Below are positions 17,962 through 26,413 of a stretch of 64,000 nt of DNA, piece after piece. Numbering within the stretch: the stretch's first letter is position 1; each line of letters opens with the position of its first letter. The translations under genes were made by a program, and so were the position numbers. The notes beneath the pieces were generated by a model. The model saw only the letters and a list, made by a program, of their open reading frames with translations, was not told where the DNA came from and searched no databases. The stretch comes from Vicinamibacterales bacterium (GTDB taxonomy: Bacteria; Acidobacteriota; Vicinamibacteria; Vicinamibacterales; JAMQPK01). The stretch covers positions 31,762-95,761 of the forward strand of contig CAWGSZ010000002.1 of the NCBI GenBank assembly GCA_963825295.1, given 5' to 3'.

Positions 17962-18541
17962 GGTTCGCCTCATCTTCTTCGAACAATCGATCGGCTGCGA
18001 GACGTGCGCGCCGACCAGGCGCGCGCTCGAGCAGATCGTCGACGAGAACGAGCACGTGGAGCTCGAAGCGCTCAATCTCGTGCTCGACAGGGAGAAAGCC
18101 GCCGAGTACGGCGTGGATCGGGTGCCCGCGGTTATCATCGAGGCGCCCGGACGCGATCGCATTCGCTACTACGGCGCGCCGCTGGGCTACGAGTTGCCCA
18201 CGCTGGCGGAAGCCGTGCACATGGCGGCGACCGGCGAAACGCGGCTCAGCGACGAGAGCCGCGCGCAGCTGAAAGCATTGACGACACCCGTGCACCTGCA
18301 GGTGTTCTACACGCCAGGCTGCGTCTATTGCCCGCGGATGATTTCGCTGGCGAATCAAGCCGCCATCGAAAGTCCGCTCGTGACCAGCGTGGCCATCGAT
18401 GCCGCGGAGTTCCCGGATCTCGTCCGCCGCTACAACGTGAACGGCGTGCCCAAGACGGTGATCAACGACTCGCTCGAGCTCATGGGAGCCGCGCCGGAAG
18501 AGGACTTCATGGCGGCTCTTGCCCAATCCACCGGGGAATAG
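17945..18541 (+). CDS. Two-domain thioredoxin-fold protein disulfide oxidoreductase (glutaredoxin-like)
   Basis: ORF 17945..18541. The CETC and CVYC motifs sit in two thioredoxin-like halves. It overlaps the upstream gene by 17 nt. Confidence 0.75.
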   Translation: MTSSSKVRLIFFEQSIGCETCAPTRRALEQIVDENEHVELEALNLVLDREKAAEYGVDRVPAVIIEAPGRDRIRYYGAPLGYELPTLAEAVHMAATGETRLSDESRAQLKALTTPVHLQVFYTPGCVYCPRMISLANQAAIESPLVTSVAIDAAEFPDLVRRYNVNGVPKTVINDSLELMGAAPEEDFMAALAQSTGE

Positions 18542-18564
18542 GGAATAGGGATTGGGGATTAGGG
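18533..18564 (+). repeat. GGGAATA/GGGATTA array with five G-tracts (G-quadruplex motif)
   Basis: Read directly: GGGG aata GGG aata GGG att GGGG atta GGG. It contains the upstream TAG stop (18539-18541) and the downstream TTG start (18552). Confidence 0.9.
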
Positions 18565-20402
18565 TCGTTCTCCTCACGCTGTGGCTCGCTGCGCCGGCGC
18601 TGGCGTTGGCGCAGACGCCGACGCAGACGCCGGTCGCCTATCGCGTCAGCTTTCCGGAAGCCGAACACCACCGCATGCAGGTCGAAGTCACGTTCCCCGA
18701 CGTGCCGGCGGGAACGCTCGAAGTGGTGATGTCGCGCACCTCTCCCGGGCGGTACGCCATCCACGAGTTCGCGAAGAACGTCTACGACGTCCAGATCGAT
18801 GACGGCGCGGGCGGGTCGCTGGCCGTGGCAAGCCCCGGTCCGTCGCAGTGGAACGTCAGCGGCCACAGCGGAACGGTGCGGGTTCGCTACAAAGTGTTCG
18901 GCGATCGGATCGACGGCACATACCTCGCGATCGACGCCACCCATGCGCATCTGAATATTCCGGCCTCGTTCATGTGGGCGCGTGGGCTCGAGCCACGACC
19001 CGCGCGCGTCACCTTTGACGCACCCGACGACTGGAAGATCGCGACCCAGTTGCGTCCGACGAGCGATCCGCGCACGTTTACGGCCGCCAACCTCCAGTAC
19101 CTGATCGACAGTCCGGCCGAGTTGAGCAGCTTCACCTTGCACACCTTCCAGGTGGATCGCGAATTCCGGATTGCCGTCCACCACGAGGGAAGTCCCGCCG
19201 ACGTCGAACGCTTTGCGGCGGGCGTGCAGAAGATCGTTCGAGAAGAGCGCGCGATCTTCGGCGAGTTCCCGGCCTACGAAGTGCCGTACACCTTCATCGC
19301 CGACTACCTGCCGGGGGCGGCAGACGACGGGATGGAGCACAGGAACAGTACGGTGGTCACGGCGCCGCACGGCATGCGGATGCCCGACGAACAACTGTCG
19401 CTCCTCAGCACCATCGCGCATGAGTTCTTTCACAGCTGGAACGTCGAGCGCATTCGTCCCGCATCGCTCGAACCGTTCCGCCTCGATGCCCCGAATCCGT
19501 CGAGCGAGCTCTGGTTCGCGGAAGGCTTTACGAGCTACTACGCCCCGCTCGCCATGCGCCGCGCCGGGTTGTGGCCGGTCGATGAATTCGCCGGCCGCCT
19601 CGGCTACCTGCTCGACGGCGTCATTCGAAGCCCGGGGCGCAAGTATCGCAGCGCCGAAGAGATGAGCCGGATGGCCCAGTTCGTCGACCAGGCCGCCTGG
19701 AGCGATGCCGCGGGTTTTCCGAACCACTTCATTTCGTATTACGACTGGGGCGCCGTCATCGCTCTTGGACTCGATCTCTCGCTGCGCGTGCGCTCCAATC
19801 ACCAGGTCACGCTCGACGATTTCATGCGGCGCGCGTGGCAGGAGTTCGGGCGGGTCCCGCCGACCTCAGATGGTGTCGTCGCCAGGCCCTACACGACTCA
19901 GAATCTGCGCGACCTCCTCGCAGAGGTCTCACGCGATCGCGCGTTTGCGGACGAGTTCTTCAACCGGTTCATCCATGGCCGCGAGGTCCCCGATATCGCC
20001 TCGCTTGCCGCGCATGCGGGGCTCGTGTTGAACAAGCGGAATCCGGGTGGCGGATGGATTGGTCCCGTGTCGCTGGAATTCGGCGCGAACATGGCTCGCG
20101 TGACCGAGCAGACGATCGAGGACACACCCGTGTATCTGGCCGGCCTCGACCGTGGCGACGACATTCTGTCGGTCGATGGCGTGGCCATGAGCAGCCGCTC
20201 GCGGCTCGACGAGATCGTCCAGCGCCATCGCCCGGGCGACGCCATCCGCATGTTGATTCGCCGCCGCGGCACGACGCGCGAGCTGACGATCACGATCGCA
20301 GAGGACCCACGGCTGCAGTTCGTCCCGGCGGAGCAGCTCGGACGTCAGTTGACGGGCGCGGAGCGGACGTTCCGCGATGCGTGGCTCTCGTCCCGGCAGT
20401 AG
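18552..20402 (+). CDS. M61 family glycyl aminopeptidase with a C-terminal PDZ domain
   Basis: ORF 18552..20402. It has the signal peptide GIRVVLLTLWLAAPALALAQ, the HExxH motif in IAHEFFHSWN, and a PDZ-like C-terminus. Confidence 0.8.
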   Translation: MGIRVVLLTLWLAAPALALAQTPTQTPVAYRVSFPEAEHHRMQVEVTFPDVPAGTLEVVMSRTSPGRYAIHEFAKNVYDVQIDDGAGGSLAVASPGPSQWNVSGHSGTVRVRYKVFGDRIDGTYLAIDATHAHLNIPASFMWARGLEPRPARVTFDAPDDWKIATQLRPTSDPRTFTAANLQYLIDSPAELSSFTLHTFQVDREFRIAVHHEGSPADVERFAAGVQKIVREERAIFGEFPAYEVPYTFIADYLPGAADDGMEHRNSTVVTAPHGMRMPDEQLSLLSTIAHEFFHSWNVERIRPASLEPFRLDAPNPSSELWFAEGFTSYYAPLAMRRAGLWPVDEFAGRLGYLLDGVIRSPGRKYRSAEEMSRMAQFVDQAAWSDAAGFPNHFISYYDWGAVIALGLDLSLRVRSNHQVTLDDFMRRAWQEFGRVPPTSDGVVARPYTTQNLRDLLAEVSRDRAFADEFFNRFIHGREVPDIASLAAHAGLVLNKRNPGGGWIGPVSLEFGANMARVTEQTIEDTPVYLAGLDRGDDILSVDGVAMSSRSRLDEIVQRHRPGDAIRMLIRRRGTTRELTITIAEDPRLQFVPAEQLGRQLTGAERTFRDAWLSSRQ

Positions 20403-20447
20403 TCGCGCACCCATCGCACCTATCGCACCTATCGCACCTATCGATAT
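20403..20447 (+). repeat. 9-bp array NATCGCACC, about 4-5 copies
   Basis: Read directly: (gtcgcgcac) ccatcgcac ctatcgcac ctatcgcac ctatcgata. It starts directly after the M61 stop. Confidence 0.9.
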
Positions 20448-20460
20448 ACTGCGGCTCTGA

Positions 20461-20571
20461 ATGTCCGACCCCTCTCCGCGCAACTGGACGCGCATCTATC
20501 TCACCGTCATGGCCGTCGAAGCGCTCGCGCTGCTTTGCCTGTTGTGGCTGCAGCGCCACTACGGGATCTGA
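20461..20571 (+). CDS. Small (36 aa) single-TM protein preceding the symporter
   Basis: Not in the ORF track because it is under 60 aa. It reads MSDPSPRNWTRIYLTVMAVEALALLCLLWLQRHYGI. It has strong G/C preference at third positions, and its stop lies 3 nt before the symporter ATG. Confidence 0.55.
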   Translation: MSDPSPRNWTRIYLTVMAVEALALLCLLWLQRHYGI

Positions 20572-20574
20572 TCC

Positions 20575-22293
20575 ATGCACCTGCTCGACTGGGGAGTGAT
20601 GGCCGCCTACATCGCGTGGCTCGTGTGGGACGGCGTCAAGCGCACCAAGCTCGAGCGCACCACCGAATCGTACTTCCTGGCGAACCGATCGATGCCGTGG
20701 TGGGCCGTCGGTCTCTCGGTGATGGCCACGCAGTTGAGCGCCATCACGCTGGTCGGCACGACGGGGCAGGGCTACAACGACGGCCTGCGGTTCGTGCAGT
20801 TCTATTACGGGCTGCCGCTCGCGATGGTGATTCTGTGCGTGACGCTCGTGCCGTTCTTCTATCGAGCCAGGGTCTACACGGCGTACCAGTACCTGGAGCG
20901 GCGCTTCGATCTCAAAACACGCACGCTGACGAGCGGGCTGTTTCTCGTATCGCGCGCGATGTCGTGCGGCGCGATCGCCGCCGCCCCGGCGGTCGTGCTG
21001 TCGGTCGTGCTCGGATGGAGCGTCACGATGACGACGCTGCTGATTCTCGTGCCGGCGGTGATTTACACGATGCTCGGCGGCGTGCAGGCGGTGACCTGGA
21101 CCGACGTCAAGACGATGAGCCTGACGGTGGTGGCGCTCGTCATCGCCGTAGTGTTCCTCGTGCGGGGACTGCCCGAAGGCGTGGGCGTGGACGATGCGCT
21201 GGCAATCGCCGGCGGCACGGGCCGGCTGCAGGCCTTCGATCTGCGCTTCACGCTGACGGAAACCTACACCTTCTGGTCGGGCATGCTGGGCGGCCTCTTC
21301 CTGATGCTGTCCTATTTCGGATGCGATCAGAGCCAGGTGCAGCGGTATCTCACGGCGAAATCCGAGGATGCCGCCAAGACGTCGTTGTTGATGAGCGCGT
21401 ACTGGAAGATTCCTCTCCAGGTGCTCGTCCTCGTCGTCGGCGTCCTCACGTTCGTGTTCTATCTGTTCAACCAGCCGCCGCTCTTGTTCAACCCGATTCA
21501 CGACCAGCGCGTGCGGACGGGCGAATCGGCGCCGGCATATGCGGCGCTGCAGCGCGAGTTCCAGACGACGTTCGACGCGCGCCGGCAGGCGGCGGTCGAG
21601 ATGGCCGCGGCCCGCCACGCGCACGATGTGCGCGAACAGGCGCGCGCGACCGACGAGTTCAGCCGGCAGGATCGGACGTTGCGATCGATCAGGACGAAGG
21701 CGGCATCGCTCGTCAAACAAACGACGGGCGACTCGAATTACAACGACGTGAACTACGTGTTTCCCACCTGGATTATGACGGCGCTTCCGATCGGCATCGT
21801 GGGGCTGTGGATCGCCGCCATCATTACGGCCGCGACAGATTCGATTGCGGCCGAGCTGAACTCGCTGTCGACCGCCTCGGTCATCGACTTCTACAAGCGG
21901 CTGGCGCAGCCTTCGGCATCGGACGCGCACTATCTGTTTGTGTCGCGGGCCACCACCGGGTTCTGGGGTGTGTTCGCCGGCTTTGTCGCCGTGTACGCGA
22001 GCAGCCTCGGGTCGCTCATCGAGGTGGTGAACCGGTTCGGGTCGTTTTTCTACGGCTCGATTCTCGGGGTGTTCATGCTGGCGATTCTCACGCGCCGCGC
22101 GACGGGTACGGGAGCCTTTGTTGGCCTCCTCACGGGCATGGTCGCGGTGGCGTCGGTTGCCTTCGGCCGGCCGGACATTTCGTTCCTGTGGCACAACGTG
22201 ATCGGCGCCGTCGTGGTCTTCAGCGTTGGTTCGCTGGTGAGCCTCTTTACAGATCACGCTCTTACAGAAGATCAGAAGATCAGAAGAAAATAA
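20575..22293 (+). CDS. Sodium:solute symporter family transporter
   Basis: ORF 20575..22293, 572 aa, polytopic. It has an SSF-like N-terminus (YFLANRSMPWWAVGLSVMATQLSAITLVGT). Confidence 0.85.
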   Translation: MHLLDWGVMAAYIAWLVWDGVKRTKLERTTESYFLANRSMPWWAVGLSVMATQLSAITLVGTTGQGYNDGLRFVQFYYGLPLAMVILCVTLVPFFYRARVYTAYQYLERRFDLKTRTLTSGLFLVSRAMSCGAIAAAPAVVLSVVLGWSVTMTTLLILVPAVIYTMLGGVQAVTWTDVKTMSLTVVALVIAVVFLVRGLPEGVGVDDALAIAGGTGRLQAFDLRFTLTETYTFWSGMLGGLFLMLSYFGCDQSQVQRYLTAKSEDAAKTSLLMSAYWKIPLQVLVLVVGVLTFVFYLFNQPPLLFNPIHDQRVRTGESAPAYAALQREFQTTFDARRQAAVEMAAARHAHDVREQARATDEFSRQDRTLRSIRTKAASLVKQTTGDSNYNDVNYVFPTWIMTALPIGIVGLWIAAIITAATDSIAAELNSLSTASVIDFYKRLAQPSASDAHYLFVSRATTGFWGVFAGFVAVYASSLGSLIEVVNRFGSFFYGSILGVFMLAILTRRATGTGAFVGLLTGMVAVASVAFGRPDISFLWHNVIGAVVVFSVGSLVSLFTDHALTEDQKIRRK

Positions 22294-22320
22294 TGGTCTT
22301 CTGACCTTTTGATCTTCTGT
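22266..22320. repeat. 8-bp array AGAAGATC, 3 copies, followed by its reverse complement TCTTCTGA, 3 copies (hairpin, terminator-like)
   Basis: agaagatc agaagatc agaagaaa, ataatgg, tcttctga ccttttga tcttctgt. The stem is about 23 bp with 3 mismatches. The left arm encodes the symporter tail EDQKIRRK. Confidence 0.85.
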
Positions 22321-22381
22321 TAAGGGGTACCGAGCAAGCTTCGGATAGATTGAAATCAGACCGCGGGTTATCGTCGTCTGT

Positions 22382-23221
22382 ATGACTACCCAGATTGAAC
22401 AGATCCAGCGCGCGTGCGCAATCATCCAGGCGAATCCGGAAGAGCGCCACACGCTGGGCGCCCTGGCGGGACAAGTGGGCCTGAGCCGGTTTCACTTCCA
22501 GCGCGCGTTCACCGAGGTCGTCGGTATCTCGCCGCGCGCGTTTGCCGAGGCGTGCCGGCTTGGCCGGGTGAAGCGCGCGCTGAAGAAGGGCGACCGTGTG
22601 ACACCCGCGATCTACGACGCGGGCTACGGATCGAGCAGCCGGTTGTACGAGCGCGCGGATGCCGCGCTCGGGATGACGCCGGCGACCTATCGAAAAGGGG
22701 CGCCTGGCGTCGAAATCGATTTCACGATCGCCGATTCACCGTTGGGACGGCTGCTCCTGGCCGCCACGGCGCGCGGCGTGTGCCGGGTCATGATTGGGGA
22801 CAGCGATCGCGCGCTCGAAAAAGATCTGCGCGCGGAATTTCCCCACGCGATCGTGAGGCCGAACGATCGCATCCTCAGCGCACAGGTACGGGCGCTGCTG
22901 GAGCACCTGCGCGGCCGATCGCCGCACGTCGATCTGCCGCTCGACGTGCGCGCCACCGCCTTCCAGTGGCGCGTCTGGCGTCAGCTCCAGGCGATTCCGT
23001 ACGGCGAAACCCGCACCTACCAGCAGGTCGCGGCCGCCATCGGCAGGCCCGCGGCCACGCGCGCGGTCGCCCGCGCGTGCGCGACCAACCCCGTCGCGCT
23101 CGTCATCCCCTGCCATCGTGTCGTGCGGACGGACGGATCGATGGGCGGGTACAGATGGGGAGTCGGACGCAAAGAAAAGTTGCTCAGACAAGAACGAACC
23201 TTGGTGCGAGGGGGGCGATAG
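22382..23221 (+). CDS. AraC-type HTH fused to methylated-DNA-protein-cysteine methyltransferase (Ada/Ogt-like)
   Basis: ORF 22382..23221. It has the HTH region LSRFHFQRAFTEVVGISPRAF and the active-site motif IPCHRVV. Confidence 0.85.
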   Translation: MTTQIEQIQRACAIIQANPEERHTLGALAGQVGLSRFHFQRAFTEVVGISPRAFAEACRLGRVKRALKKGDRVTPAIYDAGYGSSSRLYERADAALGMTPATYRKGAPGVEIDFTIADSPLGRLLLAATARGVCRVMIGDSDRALEKDLRAEFPHAIVRPNDRILSAQVRALLEHLRGRSPHVDLPLDVRATAFQWRVWRQLQAIPYGETRTYQQVAAAIGRPAATRAVARACATNPVALVIPCHRVVRTDGSMGGYRWGVGRKEKLLRQERTLVRGGR

Positions 23222-23238
23222 GTGCGCTCGGTGCGCTT
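23221..23238 (+). repeat. Two copies of GGTGCGCTN (reverse complement of the NAGCGCACC/NATCGCACC family)
   Basis: Read directly: ggtgcgctc ggtgcgctt. It is in inverted orientation relative to 20403-20447. Confidence 0.7.
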
Positions 23239-23247
23239 TTTAACCCG

Positions 23248-23317
23248 CGACTTGACGACTTTCGACCTGCGTCAGACGCCTTGCGCCCGCCGACTTTCGA
23301 CTTGCGACTTTCGACTA
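23248..23317 (+). repeat. 7-bp array NCGACTT, about 10 units (central units degenerate)
   Basis: Read directly: cgacttg acgactt tcgacct gcgtcag acgcctt gcgcccg ccgactt tcgactt gcgactt tcgacta. Confidence 0.85.
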
Positions 23318-23330
23318 GAATGGCCAGACC

Positions 23331-24557
23331 TTGGCCAAAACCCACTACGGCACCAGCTTCTGGCTGGACCGTTTTCCTTCATCCCGTCGCCCGTCCTATC
23401 CCCGTCATCGCGGCCACCTGGAGACCGACGTCGCCATCGTTGGCGGGGGTGCCATGGGTTCGGCGACGGCGTACGTGCTGGCGGCGGCCGGTGTTCGTGT
23501 CGCGCTGTTCGAAGAAGGACGGATCGCCCAGCGCCAGGCGGGCAGGGGAACCGGCATCGTCGCTCATGAGCCCGAGCCGTTTTTCCACAAGCTTGCGAAA
23601 CAGCATGGGGTGCGCGACGCGAGGTACATCTACCAGGGCGCGCGCCGCGGATCGCACGAATACCTCGCCGCGCTGAAGCGCCTTCGCATCGAGTGCGGCC
23701 TCGAGATTCGCGACGCCGTGCACTTCGGCACCACGCCTGACGGCATCCAGGAGCTTCAAAAAGAGTACGCGGCGCAGCGCGACGCGGGGCTCGAGGTGGC
23801 GTCGATCAAAGGCACGCCGCTCGTTCGCCGGGTGGGCGCGAACGGGTTCGGCCTCATCACGCATGGCAACGCCAGCGTCGATCCCTACAAGGCCACGCTC
23901 GGATTCGCCAGGGCCGCCGTCGCCCGGGGCGCGCAGGTGTTCGAGCAATCGCGCGTCACGCGCATTCGCCCCAGAAGACGGACGGTCGAGATCAAGACCG
24001 ATGGCGGCACCGTCACCGCGTCGAAGGTCGTCGTGGCCAGCGGGTATCCGACCGACGATTTCAAACCGTTGCGGCGCCGGTTCGTCCGCTCCGACAGCTA
24101 TATCGTGCTGACACCCGAGCTCCCGGCTGCGGTACGGCGCGAGATGACGCCGCCGGACCTGATCCTTCGCGACACGTCGGCGCCCGACCATTGGACGCAC
24201 TGGACCGGGAATCGCGTGCTCTTCTCGGGCGCCGATCAGTCCAGCGTGCCCGATCGCGCGCGGGAACGTGCGATCGTGCAGCGCACCGGGCAGTTGATGT
24301 ACGAGCTGTCGGTCATGCGCTCGGCGATTTCCGGCACCATGCCGGAATACTCGTGGGACTCCGAGTACTCCCGCACGATCGACGGCGTGCCGTATTACGG
24401 CCCTCACCGGAACTACCCCCATCACTATTTCGCGTTCAGCGGCGGCCCGGGCGGCCTCGGGTTTTCATTCACCGCCGCGCGCATCATCCTTCGCCACATC
24501 CAGGGCGAGCCCGACAAGGGCGACGAGCCGTTCTCGTTCGTGCGGATCCGGGAATGA
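23331..24557 (+). CDS. FAD-dependent oxidoreductase (DAO family)
   Basis: ORF 23331..24557 with a TTG start. It has the dinucleotide-binding motif DVAIVGGGAMGSATAYVLAAAG. Confidence 0.75.
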   Translation: MAKTHYGTSFWLDRFPSSRRPSYPRHRGHLETDVAIVGGGAMGSATAYVLAAAGVRVALFEEGRIAQRQAGRGTGIVAHEPEPFFHKLAKQHGVRDARYIYQGARRGSHEYLAALKRLRIECGLEIRDAVHFGTTPDGIQELQKEYAAQRDAGLEVASIKGTPLVRRVGANGFGLITHGNASVDPYKATLGFARAAVARGAQVFEQSRVTRIRPRRRTVEIKTDGGTVTASKVVVASGYPTDDFKPLRRRFVRSDSYIVLTPELPAAVRREMTPPDLILRDTSAPDHWTHWTGNRVLFSGADQSSVPDRARERAIVQRTGQLMYELSVMRSAISGTMPEYSWDSEYSRTIDGVPYYGPHRNYPHHYFAFSGGPGGLGFSFTAARIILRHIQGEPDKGDEPFSFVRIRE

Positions 24558-25249
24558 GCCAGGTCGACCTGCTCGCCTTTGGCCCGCATCCGGACGACCT
24601 GGAAATCGGGTTGGGCGGGACGCTGGCCAGGCAGGCGGCGCTGGGCCACACCGTGGGACTGTGCGACCTGACGCGCGGCGAGATGTCGAGCAATGGCACG
24701 CCCGAAGAGCGTGTGAAGGAGGCGGAAGAGGCCCGCACAGTGCTCGGAGCGGCCTGGCGCGAGAATCTGGGTTTGCCCGACCGCGCGATCGGCACCTCGG
24801 CCGATCACATCCGCACGGTCGTGGAGCTGATCCGGCGGGTGCGCCCCAAAGCCGTTGCCATCCCGTACTGGCAGGATCGCCATCCTGACCACCGGGCCGC
24901 CGCGGAGATGCTCAAGGACGCCGTCTTCAACGCGAAGCTCAAGCGGTACGCGGCCGCGGGCGAGCCGTGGCAGCCTGCGTGGGTCTGCTTTTACTTCATC
25001 AACGACGCCGCGCCGGTGTCGTTCGTCGTCGACGTGTCGGACTACTACGAGGTGAAACGCCGCGCGCTGGGGTGCTATCGGAGCCAGTTTTCCCGCGCAA
25101 CCGGCCACGCCGAAACGCGTCTAAACTCTCCGGGGTTCAATCAGCTCATCGAAAGCCGGGATGCGCAGTTCGGGGCCCTCGCTGGTGTAAGGTTTGCTGA
25201 AGGGGTCGTGGTGAACGAGCCCGTGGTCCGGGATCACTTGCTGAAGTAG
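24554..25249 (+). CDS. bshB: PIG-L/LmbE family deacetylase, BshB1-like
   Basis: This is the tail of ORF 24191..25249. Its ATG 24554 overlaps the upstream stop (ATGA). Motifs match my recollection of B. subtilis BshB1: LLAFGPHPDDLEIGLGGT, CDLTRGEMSSNGT, PYWQDRHPDH and YRSQF. Confidence 0.8.
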   Translation: MSQVDLLAFGPHPDDLEIGLGGTLARQAALGHTVGLCDLTRGEMSSNGTPEERVKEAEEARTVLGAAWRENLGLPDRAIGTSADHIRTVVELIRRVRPKAVAIPYWQDRHPDHRAAAEMLKDAVFNAKLKRYAAAGEPWQPAWVCFYFINDAAPVSFVVDVSDYYEVKRRALGCYRSQFSRATGHAETRLNSPGFNQLIESRDAQFGALAGVRFAEGVVVNEPVVRDHLLK

Positions 25250-25255
25250 GGTGGG

Positions 25256-26413
25256 ATGAACATCGGAGTGGTGTGTTACGCCTCGGTTGGCGGCAGCGGC
25301 ATCGTCGCCACCGAGCTGGCGAAGTCGCTGGCGCGCCGCAACCATCAGGTGCATCTGATCAGCACCGAGCCTCCATTCCGGCTCGGCGAGTACGAGGCCG
25401 GGCTGGCGTTTCACCGCGTTCACACGCCCACCTATCCGCTCTTCCGCGAGCCTCAATACCTGCTGTCGCTCGCCAACAAGATTGTGACGTTGTCGCGCGA
25501 GTTTTCGCTCGACATCGTGCACGCGCACTACGGCATTCCGCACGCGACCGCCGCGTACCTCGCCAAGCAGATTCTGGCCGCGACCAATGGCGGCCCCGGC
25601 GCGAAGGTGCCGAAGGTCATCACCACGCTGCACGGCACGGACATCACGCTGCTCGGCAGCGATCCCTCGTACTCGGAAACGGTCGCGTTCTCCATCGATC
25701 AGTCCGACGGAGTCACGGCGGTGTCGGAAAGCCTGCGCCGCGACACGTACGACGCGCTGCCGATCAAGCGCGACATCCGCGTCATTCCGAACTTTCTCGA
25801 GTGCGATGAGCACAAGCGCCGTGCGCTGCCGGAGCTGCGCGCGCGGCTGTGTCCGCCGTCCAAATACGACAAGCTGATCATTCACCTCTCGAACTTCAGG
25901 CCGGTGAAACGGGTGGATGCCGTCGTGGAGATCTTCCAGCGAGTGCGTCGTCAGGAAGTTCGAGCGAAGCTGATACTCGTCGGGGAAGGTCCCGAGCTCG
26001 GCCGCGCCATGCGCATGGTGCACGACTACGGTCTCGCGTGCGACGTGGAGGCCCTCGGCGAGCAGGATCAGGTCGTGCCGCTCCTCTCTGTGTCGGATTT
26101 GTTCCTGCTTCCATCGGCGCAGGAAAGCTTCGGGCTGGCCGCGCTCGAAGCCATGGCGTGCGAAGTGCCCGTGGTGGCGTCGCGGGTGGGCGGCCTGCCC
26201 GAGGTCGTCGAGGACGGCGTGTCCGGACTGCTCGCCGATCCCGAAGATATCGACGGCATGGCCAGGCACGCGACCAGCATCCTCAGCGATCCCGCACTGC
26301 ACGAGCGCTTCGCGCGCGCGGGCCTGGAGCGCGTAAGACGCCACTTCTGCGCGGGCCGCGTCGTGCCGCAGTACGAGGCGTACTACCAGGAAGTCATCCG
26401 GGACGCGACATGA
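25256..26413 (+). CDS. bshA: GT4 glycosyltransferase, N-acetyl-alpha-D-glucosaminyl L-malate synthase (BshA-like)
   Basis: ORF 25256..26413. Motifs match my recollection of B. subtilis BshA: [59 protein letters not shown] and PQYEAYY. Confidence 0.85.
   Translation: MNIGVVCYASVGGSGIVATELAKSLARRNHQVHLISTEPPFRLGEYEAGLAFHRVHTPTYPLFREPQYLLSLANKIVTLSREFSLDIVHAHYGIPHATAAYLAKQILAATNGGPGAKVPKVITTLHGTDITLLGSDPSYSETVAFSIDQSDGVTAVSESLRRDTYDALPIKRDIRVIPNFLECDEHKRRALPELRARLCPPSKYDKLIIHLSNFRPVKRVDAVVEIFQRVRRQEVRAKLILVGEGPELGRAMRMVHDYGLACDVEALGEQDQVVPLLSVSDLFLLPSAQESFGLAALEAMACEVPVVASRVGGLPEVVEDGVSGLLADPEDIDGMARHATSILSDPALHERFARAGLERVRRHFCAGRVVPQYEAYYQEVIRDAT

Noticed and set aside
25849-26409. An N-terminal 187-aa extension of the 1079-aa ORF 25849..29088.
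   Set aside because: It lies entirely inside bshA in another frame and is Arg-rich. The real start is ATG 26410, which overlaps the bshA stop and is followed by a signal peptide.
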